Source: Minisyncoccota bacterium
GTDB lineage: Bacteria > Patescibacteriota > Minisyncoccia > Phycocordibacterales > UBA9973
Direction of reading: 5' to 3'
Assembly (NCBI GenBank): GCA_017991895.1
Contig: JAGOPR010000001.1
Span: 13,089 to 77,088, forward strand
Length of the DNA: 64,000 nucleotides
Each line of letters starts with the position of its first letter. Position 1 is the stretch's first letter. Below the pieces are notes generated by a model. The model worked only from the letters and a program-made list of their open reading frames with translations. It was not told the DNA's origin and made no database searches. The position numbers and the translations under genes are program-made. Below are positions 48,473 through 57,644 of this stretch, in pieces.

Positions 48473-49024
48473 TTACTTTCGCACAATTACTGGTTTTCCA
48501 GTGAGAAGCGAGATAACTCGCGATGGCTTCCCTACCTTTTTTCCACCAGATATATAAAAATCTACATGTTCTCCAAAATACTTCTTTGCCTCAAGAATCG
48601 TACTAGCAGGTTTCATTCCTTGAGGATTTGCCGATGGAGCTACTAGTGGGCCTGTTTTTTCGAGTAAAGTCCGCAACGCTTTTTTCTTGGGTACACGAAA
48701 AGCAAGCGACTTCGTTCCACGATGTAAATATTCAAATTTAGAAAGACTACACGGAACTATAATTGAAATTGAACCCTTGTATGATTGCTCAGCTTTAAGA
48801 ACGCTATCTGCTACTCCGTCATCATTTACGCCAAATTTCTTTAACCATGAAAATTTTGGAATAAGAATAATGAGTGGTTTGCTATGGCTACGGCTTTTTA
48901 TCTTATACAGACGAGTAACTGCTTTTTTCGAAAAAGCACTTCCAACAACGCCATAAAGTGTATCCGTAGGCAAAATGCCTATACCGCCCTTTTTTATTAT
49001 ATTTGCCACCTCCGGAGAATTCAT
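48473..49024 (-). CDS. tsaC: L-threonylcarbamoyladenylate synthase (YrdC/TsaC)
   Basis: ILPTDTLYG...KPLIIL YrdC signature. Confidence 0.85.
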   Translation of the reverse strand: MNSPEVANIIKKGGIGILPTDTLYGVVGSAFSKKAVTRLYKIKSRSHSKPLIILIPKFSWLKKFGVNDDGVADSVLKAEQSYKGSISIIVPCSLSKFEYLHRGTKSLAFRVPKKKALRTLLEKTGPLVAPSANPQGMKPASTILEAKKYFGEHVDFYISGGKKVGKPSRVISLLTGKPVIVRK

Positions 49025-49054
49025 GGTAAGAGTCTATCACAAGGTATAAAAATG

Positions 49055-49088
49055 AAAAATCCCGACCATTGTTAGGTCGGGATTTTCC
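49055..49088 (-). terminator. Terminator after the 49107 gene
   Basis: aaatcccgacc / ggtcgggattt. Confidence 0.6.
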
Positions 49089-49106
49089 CATTAATTGGGT
49101 ATTATT

Positions 49107-50924
49107 TTACTTCTTATAAATGATTATGACCGGTGGCGGTTTTAATTTTGCCTTTGGTTTATAAACATTTAAAGGTGGCGGTGCCGGATTATCTGAACCT
49201 CCTTCTGGTGGAATAATTTTTAATTTTCCATTCTCCAGAGTAACTTCAGGCAAATCAGATTTCGCATACTTTTCGTCCTCTTCATTTACATATTCCTTTT
49301 TGGTAACCTTACGAGCACCAATTTCTACATTATGTAGAGACTGGTTTACAAATGCTACGGAATCATACTTCCGCTTCAACTCATTAATCACAAAGGCAGT
49401 AGAATCTGCCGTGCGCTTTACCTGTGCGATAGAATCAGTTGTACGTTTAGAGCGTACAGAGTCTGCATAGGCGATTTCGCGAAGCGACTTATTTGTTGAA
49501 TCGGTAACTCGAACGAAAGCAAGTGAGTCAGCATACTTTTCATTTCGTATACTGTCAGCCATTCTTTGTTTAGCAATCTCATTCAAAAGTTGCTCGTTCT
49601 TTACTGCAAGTTGTCTATTAACTTCCGCTAACAATCTTGCATTAGCTTCAGCTTTTTTGGTGATAGAGTCATTCTTGCGTTTTTGCTCATACAACTGAGA
49701 CGCAAGTTGTTTTTCCCTATCTTTCTTTTCATTTACTTTCTGCAATGAATCCAAACGTTTTTGGTTCAACTGTGCAAGAGCTTCCGCTTTTGCATTTTTA
49801 ATTGAATCTAAACGAGCAGTTTTCAATAACTCAAGTAAATTTTTCTGTTTAGCTAATTCGTCCTTTTTCAAGGAGTCTCTAGTCTTAAATTGTTGATTAT
49901 ACCTTCGCGTTCTAGCGAGAGCCGAATCAACCTCGGCTAACAGATTCTGGTCATTTTGTTGCACTTCAGTTTTGTTCAACTCTAATGCTATTTTTTTAGC
50001 ATTTTTTATTGAATCAGCTACCCGCGCACGCTTTTCAGCATTCGCGATTTCCACGGCTAATGCATTCTTTGCGTTCTTTGTGGAGTCTGCAACAAATGCA
50101 ATGCGTGCCTGACGAACTGAATCGGCAGTTTTTACCTTTTGTGTAGAATCACGTACGAATGTGATCCTACGAACAACTGAATCTTTGTACTTAATTGAAT
50201 CGAATTGAGGTGCAAATGCTGGTTCTCCATCTTGAAGAATTTTTACAACAACCTTGCCATCTTTTTTCTTTTCCTCTGTGTACGCTAAAGCAGGAGTTGT
50301 AATTGTCTTTGCTGGGGTAACCAGCTTAGCAAGCTTTCTTCTGACTGATTCATAACCAATCATACTTTTGACTGTTACATCAAACGGGTCATCTTCAATT
50401 GTGGTGTTGTTCCCCTCAATTTTATAGCGACCAAAAAGCTTACTGTTTTTGATCTGATACCAGACCAACCCACCTGATACTTTTCCGTTATAGTACCCAA
50501 CTCGTAAATCGTAGTTGAATACATCCGGATTTTTTGTATTTAGGTAGATGACTTTTATCGAATCACCTGGGTTTGGCCTTGCACTTGGCGAGCACATCGT
50601 TATAAACATGCTATCCAAATGTTTTTGTCGTGTATCACCCATAAATCCATAGAATTTATAGGTGCTGTCGTATACTTCATACGTTTTAGATTCCTTGAGG
50701 TATTTTACGCACGGAAGCGTATCCTCAAAAAACCGTTTACACCATTCGGGCTCGTTGCCCAAATAAAAAGGCATGTTACGAACTTCTATATCCGGATCAT
50801 TAGACCGGCGTAAGTCGTAAGTGTAATAGAAGCCGTAATTTTGCTTCACTTGGCCAAATGAATTTTGGCAGAACACCAGGAACAACACTGGTATTAACGC
50901 GGATAATAAAAGTTGTTTTTTCAT
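49107..50924 (-). CDS. Secreted coiled-coil repeat protein
   Basis: Signal peptide; central tandem ADS(I/V)(K/R)NAK-type repeats; Pro-rich C-terminus. Confidence 0.45.
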   Translation of the reverse strand: MKKQLLLSALIPVLFLVFCQNSFGQVKQNYGFYYTYDLRRSNDPDIEVRNMPFYLGNEPEWCKRFFEDTLPCVKYLKESKTYEVYDSTYKFYGFMGDTRQKHLDSMFITMCSPSARPNPGDSIKVIYLNTKNPDVFNYDLRVGYYNGKVSGGLVWYQIKNSKLFGRYKIEGNNTTIEDDPFDVTVKSMIGYESVRRKLAKLVTPAKTITTPALAYTEEKKKDGKVVVKILQDGEPAFAPQFDSIKYKDSVVRRITFVRDSTQKVKTADSVRQARIAFVADSTKNAKNALAVEIANAEKRARVADSIKNAKKIALELNKTEVQQNDQNLLAEVDSALARTRRYNQQFKTRDSLKKDELAKQKNLLELLKTARLDSIKNAKAEALAQLNQKRLDSLQKVNEKKDREKQLASQLYEQKRKNDSITKKAEANARLLAEVNRQLAVKNEQLLNEIAKQRMADSIRNEKYADSLAFVRVTDSTNKSLREIAYADSVRSKRTTDSIAQVKRTADSTAFVINELKRKYDSVAFVNQSLHNVEIGARKVTKKEYVNEEDEKYAKSDLPEVTLENGKLKIIPPEGGSDNPAPPPLNVYKPKAKLKPPPVIIIYKK

Positions 50925-51097
50925 AACTCTATTTTGTTTTTAAACTGGTTTTTAAAGATGGTTATTCCAATTCCGGATCACTCCGGCACTAAAATAACCA
51001 CCCAAAAACTGTAAAAAACCTTTATTTCAAGGTACACTTATCTTTATAAGTATAGCATATTTTACATGCTATGTCAATGGAGATTTGACGTATATTT

Positions 51098-51538
51098 TTA
51101 CTGTGTTTTTGATGTTAAAACGAACTTTCCAGTGGGCTTTGTCCAGTCTGTATAACGCCACCATTTTGGCTCGAAGACGAAACAAACAAACTTTGGGTCC
51201 TTAGATTTTTCTTTCCGTTCCGGAAATTTTTGGAAATAAACACTATCGAAATGTTCTCGTTCATCATCTCGAAGCAGTCGTACTTCCCCATCAAGCTGAA
51301 AGGTTTTCATGACGCTTTCTCCAAAACCAATGACAAGCGAGGCGCGACTCGCATCACGCCCAAACAGCGCCTCTGCTTTTCGATATTCACGGTACGTTTC
51401 AAAGTAAAATAAAAATGGGTTTTCAGTATGTGTAAAATGAACTGTTGCAACGTGAGGAGAGCCATCAAGCATTTCTATGGCAAGCGCGCTTACGCGCTGT
51501 GTATTTAGAAAATCTAAAATTTCTGGGTTCATAAACAT
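51098..51538 (-). CDS. Pyridoxamine 5'-phosphate oxidase-like FMN-binding protein
   Basis: Split-barrel PNPOx-like N-terminus. Confidence 0.6.
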   Translation of the reverse strand: MFMNPEILDFLNTQRVSALAIEMLDGSPHVATVHFTHTENPFLFYFETYREYRKAEALFGRDASRASLVIGFGESVMKTFQLDGEVRLLRDDEREHFDSVYFQKFPERKEKSKDPKFVCFVFEPKWWRYTDWTKPTGKFVLTSKTQ

Positions 51539-51997
51539 TTATATATTTGATAGATCTGCGATTTGATATGTTACCCGATCACCTTCCTTTTGTATCGGAA
51601 CGAACCCGAACGACTCATACATTTTACCAGCAATTATATTTTTAGTAGATAGACGTATCGAACGAAAATTTTTCTTTGCCTCGGCAAGAATCATTTTTAA
51701 CAAAACTGTTGCCAAGCCCTGCCTTCGGTATGATTTTGTAACAAAAATATGACGTACGCGTGCAACTGTTTCATCGTCTGTGTATGGATCTTTATTTATT
51801 CCGCCCATCGCTATTGGCTCGTCATCAATAGTGAGAGCCCAAAATTTTTCACCTTTTTTCGAAAAAGTATTTCCTTCTTTCCACTCGTCTAGAAGCTTCT
51901 TTCCGAGCACATGACCCTCATCAATTGATTCATCAATAAGTTTCTGCAAAATAGCCAGATTTGAGTCGTTTATTTCGATAATTTTGTAGTCTTTCAT
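51539..51997 (-). CDS. GNAT family N-acetyltransferase
   Basis: Acetyl-CoA binding motif RRQGLATVLL. Confidence 0.8.
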   Translation of the reverse strand: MKDYKIIEINDSNLAILQKLIDESIDEGHVLGKKLLDEWKEGNTFSKKGEKFWALTIDDEPIAMGGINKDPYTDDETVARVRHIFVTKSYRRQGLATVLLKMILAEAKKNFRSIRLSTKNIIAGKMYESFGFVPIQKEGDRVTYQIADLSNI

Positions 51998-52212
51998 TTG
52001 TGTATAGAATTTTCATAGACGAATGCAGTTCTAGGTAACCGACTTCTTAGATTGTACACAATCTGTTGAAGTCGCAATGCCCGTGGGTACGCGAGTTCGT
52101 TTTGCGACCAAAACGTATAGGCATACGTTGCCGTCATACGACGACTGCTCGGCTTACGCGCGGTTGCGGGAACAAACGAACGAGCAACGCAGAAGTGCGC
52201 CGTATACGCAGG

Positions 52213-53325
52213 TTATATCTTGAATTCGATGACGTCCCCGTCTTTAACTATATACTCCTTCCCTTCCGTTCGTACTTTGCCCTTAGAACGTGCTTCTCCA
52301 TAACTTCCTGCCTCAAGTAGGTCCTTCCAAAAGACAACTTCTGCGCGGATGAATTTGTCTTTAAAATCAGTGTGTATTGCCATACCTGCAACTGGAGCCG
52401 TACTCCCTGTTTTAATAGTCCATGCACGTGTTTCTTCTACACCCGTCGTAAAATATGTATCAAGACCAAGAAGTTTGTACGCCTTTGTAATTAGGTTATT
52501 GATTCCATTTTCTCCACCGCCCATCTCGACACGAAACATTTCTTTCTCATCGCCCTCAAAATCTTTTAGCTCATCTTCAATTTTTGCATCGAGAACAACA
52601 TACTCTGCTCCAGTCGAAATAATATAATCACACAAATCCTTAAATAGCTCTGGATGAGATTCATCGAGATTTTTTGATCCGGCACGTTTGTTGAGTCCGT
52701 ATAAAATTGGCTTTGCAGTCAGAAGGCCGAGCTGTTGTACTTTTGGAAGTTCTTTCTCGTCAAACTTGATTGTATTCACCATTTTCTCTGCTTCGAGAGC
52801 TTCCATTATTTTTTTCAATGCACCCTCTTCAATTACAGCTTCTTTCTCGCCACGTTTTGCATCACGAGAGATATTTGAAAGACGTTTTGATACAGTTTCA
52901 AGATCGGCAAGAAGAAGCTCGAGATTTATCACACGAATATCTCGAAGTGGATCAATGTCGCCGTATACATGAAGAATATCGTTCCCATTTCCACCTTTAA
53001 GCGGAAAGATACGGACCATTTCGAAAATGGCATCTGTTTCGCGAATGTTTGCAAGGAATTTATTTCCGAGACCTTCGCCTTTTGATGCTCCAGCAACAAG
53101 TCCAGCAATATCTACGAATTCAATCGCCGCGGGAATTGTTTTATTTGTTTTAGAAAAATCTGCGAGCTTATACAAGCGGTCATCCGGAACCCCAACGATA
53201 CCGACTGATGGGTCGATAGTACAAAATGGATAGTTTTCTGCAGGTACGCCCTTTTTTGTAAGCGCGTTAAAAAGCGTCGATTTACCGACATTAGGCAGTC
53301 CAACAATTCCGATTGATAGTGACAT
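52213..53325 (-). CDS. ychF: Ribosome-binding ATPase YchF
   Basis: GIVGLPNVGKSTLFNALT G1 motif, TGS domain. Confidence 0.95.
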   Translation of the reverse strand: MSLSIGIVGLPNVGKSTLFNALTKKGVPAENYPFCTIDPSVGIVGVPDDRLYKLADFSKTNKTIPAAIEFVDIAGLVAGASKGEGLGNKFLANIRETDAIFEMVRIFPLKGGNGNDILHVYGDIDPLRDIRVINLELLLADLETVSKRLSNISRDAKRGEKEAVIEEGALKKIMEALEAEKMVNTIKFDEKELPKVQQLGLLTAKPILYGLNKRAGSKNLDESHPELFKDLCDYIISTGAEYVVLDAKIEDELKDFEGDEKEMFRVEMGGGENGINNLITKAYKLLGLDTYFTTGVEETRAWTIKTGSTAPVAGMAIHTDFKDKFIRAEVVFWKDLLEAGSYGEARSKGKVRTEGKEYIVKDGDVIEFKI

Positions 53326-53333
53326 ATAAAACT

Positions 53334-53648
53334 TTATTTACCCTGCATGCCTTGCATGAGTTCCATAAGTGGCGTCAAAGCCTCGCGGTGTTTTGCAATC
53401 TGGTCCTTATATTTAGACATAACGCCCATAGTGGCATACGCCTCAGGCATACCCGCCTTTGTTTTTGCTTCAATTTCTTTTTGGATGCTCTCAAAAAGAG
53501 TTTTAACTTCTTTATTCTCTTGAAGGACTTTTAGCTTTTCGGCAATAGATGGGTCGTTCGTGAGCTTTTCCGCCATCATCTCTGCCTGCTCCTTTGACGC
53601 GCCCTTTGCTTGTAATGTTTTCTTCAATAAAAATGATTTTAATCCCAT
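53334..53648 (-). CDS. Hypothetical protein
   Basis: ORF only. Confidence 0.35.
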   Translation of the reverse strand: MGLKSFLLKKTLQAKGASKEQAEMMAEKLTNDPSIAEKLKVLQENKEVKTLFESIQKEIEAKTKAGMPEAYATMGVMSKYKDQIAKHREALTPLMELMQGMQGK

Positions 53649-53756
53649 GCAGGCAATATATCACAAGAACAAGGAACATTAAAGCGCCGAGTATTTGATT
53701 TTTGGTGTTTGGTGTTTTTATGATTTACCTTTTGTTTGCTATAATAAAATGCATAT

Positions 53757-55052
53757 ATGCAGGAAACTTCACAACATGGTGTTCCACTACCACCAAAACG
53801 TATTTTGATTTTGGGAGGTGGGTTTGGTGGAGTCCGAACAGCGCTTGATCTCGCAGAATATGACCTACCGAATATAAAAATTACACTTATTTCGGACAAG
53901 CATCACTTCGAATACACTCCGTCACTATATAAAATTGCGACTGGCCACTCACCTGCCGAAACCTGTATTCCTCTTGGTGAAATTTTTTCTCACATGAAGA
54001 AGAAAAAGTTTGAATTCGTCGTAGACACTATTGTAGGAGGTTCTCTTTCAGAAAAGTATGTTACCGGAGCAAGCGGTTCACGCTACTCGTATGACTATGT
54101 CGTGCTTGGTCTCGGAGCAGAAACAGCATATTTTGGTATCTCTGGAATAAAAGAAAATTCATACGCTATAAAATCTGTCTCTTCCGCTCTCAAGCTTAAA
54201 AATCACCTTCATTACTTGTTCAACAATCATCATAAGTTAAGCAAAGGTGACTTAATGTCACAATTTCAATTTGTGATTGTGGGTGGAGGTCCCGCCGGAG
54301 TAGAGCTTGCTGGAGAAATTCGCCGATATGGAAGAAAGCTTGCAGGAGTACATGGTGTACCGAAGAAACTCGTAACTGTGGATATTATCCAAGCGGCGCC
54401 ACGTCTTCTTCCGACAATGCCTGAAGAAGTTTCTCGTCGAGCTCTAAATCGACTTAATGATCTTGGTGTAAATATTATATTAAACCGTTCGGTTTCTAGT
54501 GAGGATATGCAAGGCGTATATCTAAAAGATATTAAATTTAACGCTAAGACAATTGTATGGACTGCTGGAGTGCGTCCAAGTAGTATCTATGAAAAAATTT
54601 CAGGACTTACTCTCGAAAAAGGTGGTCGTATTGTAGTCGACGACAAAATGCGTGTACCGGAATTCCCCAATGCATTTGCTCTAGGTGACAGTGCTAGTAC
54701 TCCAAATGCCGGCACGGCGCAAACAGCAACTCACGATGGCGAATTTGTTGCTCATGCGATTGCTCGAACTATTCAAGGACACAGAGTGCCAAAATACACA
54801 TCCCACAAGTCTGCATACGTTGTACCTATCGGACAAGAATGGGCAGTATTTACAATCAACAAATTTGTTTTCTCCGGTGAAATTTTTTGGTGGCTACGAC
54901 GTTTTATTGATTTGAAATTCCTTTTTACGATACTACCTATAAGAAAAGCATTTACGGCTTGGCGATCTGGTGGAATTCTTAGTGAATCTTGCCCAACATG
55001 CCTGCAAGCACAAGATGAAAGCGAAGAAAAACCTCTATTCTTCAGGCACTAG
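53757..55052 (+). CDS. ndh: Type II NADH dehydrogenase / FAD-dependent pyridine nucleotide-disulfide oxidoreductase
   Basis: Two Rossmann GxGxxG motifs (ILGGGFGG, IVGGGPAG). Confidence 0.75.
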   Translation: MQETSQHGVPLPPKRILILGGGFGGVRTALDLAEYDLPNIKITLISDKHHFEYTPSLYKIATGHSPAETCIPLGEIFSHMKKKKFEFVVDTIVGGSLSEKYVTGASGSRYSYDYVVLGLGAETAYFGISGIKENSYAIKSVSSALKLKNHLHYLFNNHHKLSKGDLMSQFQFVIVGGGPAGVELAGEIRRYGRKLAGVHGVPKKLVTVDIIQAAPRLLPTMPEEVSRRALNRLNDLGVNIILNRSVSSEDMQGVYLKDIKFNAKTIVWTAGVRPSSIYEKISGLTLEKGGRIVVDDKMRVPEFPNAFALGDSASTPNAGTAQTATHDGEFVAHAIARTIQGHRVPKYTSHKSAYVVPIGQEWAVFTINKFVFSGEIFWWLRRFIDLKFLFTILPIRKAFTAWRSGGILSESCPTCLQAQDESEEKPLFFRH

Positions 55053-55082
55053 AATTTGTGGTTATTGATATTTGACGTTTTT

Positions 55083-55784
55083 TTACTTTATCTTTTTTAG
55101 TATTTTTGGAATCAGCGAGAAGTCTTTTTTTAAAGTATCTCTCATTCCCCCATTATAGAGTGCTGATGCCGGATGATATAGCGGCAAAAAATATTCTGTT
55201 TCTATAACTCCCGAAACTGAAGCATTTCTTTGTTGCTCACTCGTTTTCTCCTGCGGAGTAGGATTACTACACCTTAGTCGCAAGCCTCGCTCGCGCCTCG
55301 AACTGCATTCAGTTTCGGGGGTTATAGGAGTAGTTTTAAATTTTTTGTGAATAAGCTTGCCGTGCACTTCGGAAATTTTAAGCTCGGGAAAAAAATTATT
55401 CATTGAGTGCCTGCCTAGAAAAACTATTAACTTCGGTTTTATTAAATTAAGTTCTTCGTAGAGCCACGGGGCGCAAGCCTCTTTCTCGCTTGGCATAGGG
55501 TCGCGATTGTCTGGCGGACGATACTTCACAATATTTGTAATATAAACATCTTCCCTTTTCATTCCAATACCATCAAGCATCTCTGAAAGAAACTTACCCG
55601 CTGAGCCGATAAAAGGGACACCTTCCTCATCCTCTTTTTTTCCTGGGGCTTCGCCAATAAATACAATCGAAGCTGTAGCGGGTCCGTCTCCAAAAACCGG
55701 CTGAGTAGCCGTAGCCTTTAAAACACAGGAATTTTCGTTTGCCCATTTAGTATGAAGCTCTATTAGTTCTTCCTGCTTCGTCAT
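55083..55784 (-). CDS. Uracil-DNA glycosylase, family 4
   Basis: GEAPG motif and HPS-like C-terminal motif. Confidence 0.8.
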   Translation of the reverse strand: MTKQEELIELHTKWANENSCVLKATATQPVFGDGPATASIVFIGEAPGKKEDEEGVPFIGSAGKFLSEMLDGIGMKREDVYITNIVKYRPPDNRDPMPSEKEACAPWLYEELNLIKPKLIVFLGRHSMNNFFPELKISEVHGKLIHKKFKTTPITPETECSSRRERGLRLRCSNPTPQEKTSEQQRNASVSGVIETEYFLPLYHPASALYNGGMRDTLKKDFSLIPKILKKIK

Positions 55785-55855
55785 TTGGGTAGTATACTGT
55801 AACTGTATTACTTGTTAAAGCTCTAAGCTAAAAGCTGACAGCTATAAGCTATTTT

Positions 55856-56059
55856 ATGAATAAACACTATGTTTGTAACGGTGGGTGCAACGGAGTTTCA
55901 GATACAGAAGGAGTATGCGGTGCGGAAACTTGTGCAAAACACGGACAGCCACTTCTTGAATGCTCTTGCCAAGATGGCATGCATGAAGGAATTGTAACCC
56001 CATGTGTTGATTGCGGAAATTTGTGCAAGGAAAATAACAGCGAGGGTTGTAAGGCTTAG
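55856..56059 (+). CDS. Small cysteine-rich protein (67 aa, 10 Cys)
   Basis: ORF with a TATAAG box 6 nt upstream and a strong terminator at 56082-56118. Confidence 0.5.
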   Translation: MNKHYVCNGGCNGVSDTEGVCGAETCAKHGQPLLECSCQDGMHEGIVTPCVDCGNLCKENNSEGCKA

Positions 56060-56081
56060 AAGTAAACCAACGCGGAGTAAA

Positions 56082-56118
56082 AAAACCAGCAAGGTCCGAC
56101 CTTGCTGGTTTTTTTACT
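56082..56118. terminator. Bidirectional terminator
   Basis: aaaaaaccagcaaggtc cg accttgctggttttttt. Confidence 0.8.
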
Positions 56119-57634
56119 CTATTATTCTAATCTCATTTGCTATTTTTTCCGTTTCAGAAAAACCTGATTCATTTTTAGCATTTTTATTTATATAAACTTT
56201 GTACAGAACGTAAGAGGCCCCAAGCAAACCAGTAACACCAACAGCCAAAGATACATACAAAGGAATCTCGCTTTTCTCCACGGGTTTACTATTTTCCGCC
56301 GAAGCGACACTTGCCTGCATTTCTATTGGCATAATCGGAGCTGATACTTCTTTTACAGTAATCTTTGTCGAAGGCGAGGATACAGTGGGTGTACTAAAAG
56401 CGACTACTGATTTTTCGATTTTGGGTAACGTAGGATACGTAGAAACAATACTTCCTGATGGCAACACAAGCTGTAACCTAGCAAAGTCGCCGTCAGTGAA
56501 TCCTGTTAAGCTCTTTGATAAAAAAATTGACTTGCCCGAGATAATAAATGTTCCATACGGGATAATAAATTTTTTTGTTCCGCTCGAATTTATTATCCCC
56601 CAATCTGAGATATCTGCTTCACTGTCTGAAGGATTTTTTAATTCAATTGTACCGATATCACTCACTGATGAAATAAAAACATGTGGCTCCACGATTTCAA
56701 TAACTTGTCGTATTTTAATATCTGGTTCACGCAAATATGGGTTAGTTTTATATGTAAACATTGCCAAATATGTACCAGAAAATTCATACTCATGCTTAAA
56801 CGGCTCAAAATAATCCAATTTTTTTACTGTGCCATCTCCAAAAGAAAAATAGAATTCCCCACGCTGTCTAACTTCTCCGGCAAGTCCCGTAACTTTTACT
56901 GATACATCAAAAGGAATACCTGCTACTCCGGTTATAGGCATAGATAGCTCTGCCTTCATTTTTGGAGGCTCATATGCCTTTGGTGTAGTCACGGTCGTAG
57001 TAGACCCTGTCCCACCTCCTTCAGTCGTCGTACCTCCGCCGCCTCCACCGCCACTACCCGTATCCCCTCCACCTCCTCCAGATGATCCACCGCTGTTGCT
57101 AACTCCCGGGGTAGGAACTGCCCCTACCCAAGATGAGCCGACAAGCTGAAGTGAGTTGCCGTCGCCAGCACCTCCTACAGTATTTGTATATGAAACAGTG
57201 TCTACAATATTGCCTGCATCATCAATAATTTTTACATTACCACTCGTATTTCCTAGACTCATAGATGTATCTATAACTGTACCTGAATATCCTGAGTGAT
57301 CTGTCAGAAAAACGTCAGCATTGGAAGCTATAACTGCATACCCATTTACTGGTATTACCATTGTGCCTCGCGTTGCGGTATCTGCAAGTAAATGATTGCT
57401 TCCATCATTAAAACGCCATGTATCCCCGCTTCCGCCGGAAATTGTTACAGCTGTCGTTCCAGTATTCTGAATTTCTATCCACTCGTGATCAGAATCAGAT
57501 CCCGGCGCATCATAAAAAATCTCGCTGATGATGATACCGCCAGAAGCAAGCGTTGTTCCGCGTACGGAAAAAAATAATATGAGAATGAGTAGTAAACTGT
57601 AAACTATTCCGCGATTATTTATTCCACACCACAT
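56114..57634 (-). CDS. Secreted lamin-tail-domain (LTD) protein with Gly-rich linker and C-terminal TM anchor
   Basis: LTD signature IIISEIFYDAPGSDSDHEWIEIQNTG; poly-G/S/T linker; start trimmed to the Met that precedes the signal peptide (alternative start at 57766 would overlap the upstream ATPase). Confidence 0.6.
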   Translation of the reverse strand: MWCGINNRGIVYSLLLILILFFSVRGTTLASGGIIISEIFYDAPGSDSDHEWIEIQNTGTTAVTISGGSGDTWRFNDGSNHLLADTATRGTMVIPVNGYAVIASNADVFLTDHSGYSGTVIDTSMSLGNTSGNVKIIDDAGNIVDTVSYTNTVGGAGDGNSLQLVGSSWVGAVPTPGVSNSGGSSGGGGGDTGSGGGGGGGTTTEGGGTGSTTTVTTPKAYEPPKMKAELSMPITGVAGIPFDVSVKVTGLAGEVRQRGEFYFSFGDGTVKKLDYFEPFKHEYEFSGTYLAMFTYKTNPYLREPDIKIRQVIEIVEPHVFISSVSDIGTIELKNPSDSEADISDWGIINSSGTKKFIIPYGTFIISGKSIFLSKSLTGFTDGDFARLQLVLPSGSIVSTYPTLPKIEKSVVAFSTPTVSSPSTKITVKEVSAPIMPIEMQASVASAENSKPVEKSEIPLYVSLAVGVTGLLGASYVLYKVYINKNAKNESGFSETEKIANEIRIIE

Positions 57635-57644
57635 AGACAGTATA

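Noticed and set aside
52066-52320. ORF-track CDS 52066..52320 (+) in the GC-rich spacer
   Set aside because: Arg-rich translation typical of a GC-rich non-coding region. It overlaps the ychF 3' end on the opposite strand. The region is interpreted as structured non-coding DNA/RNA instead.
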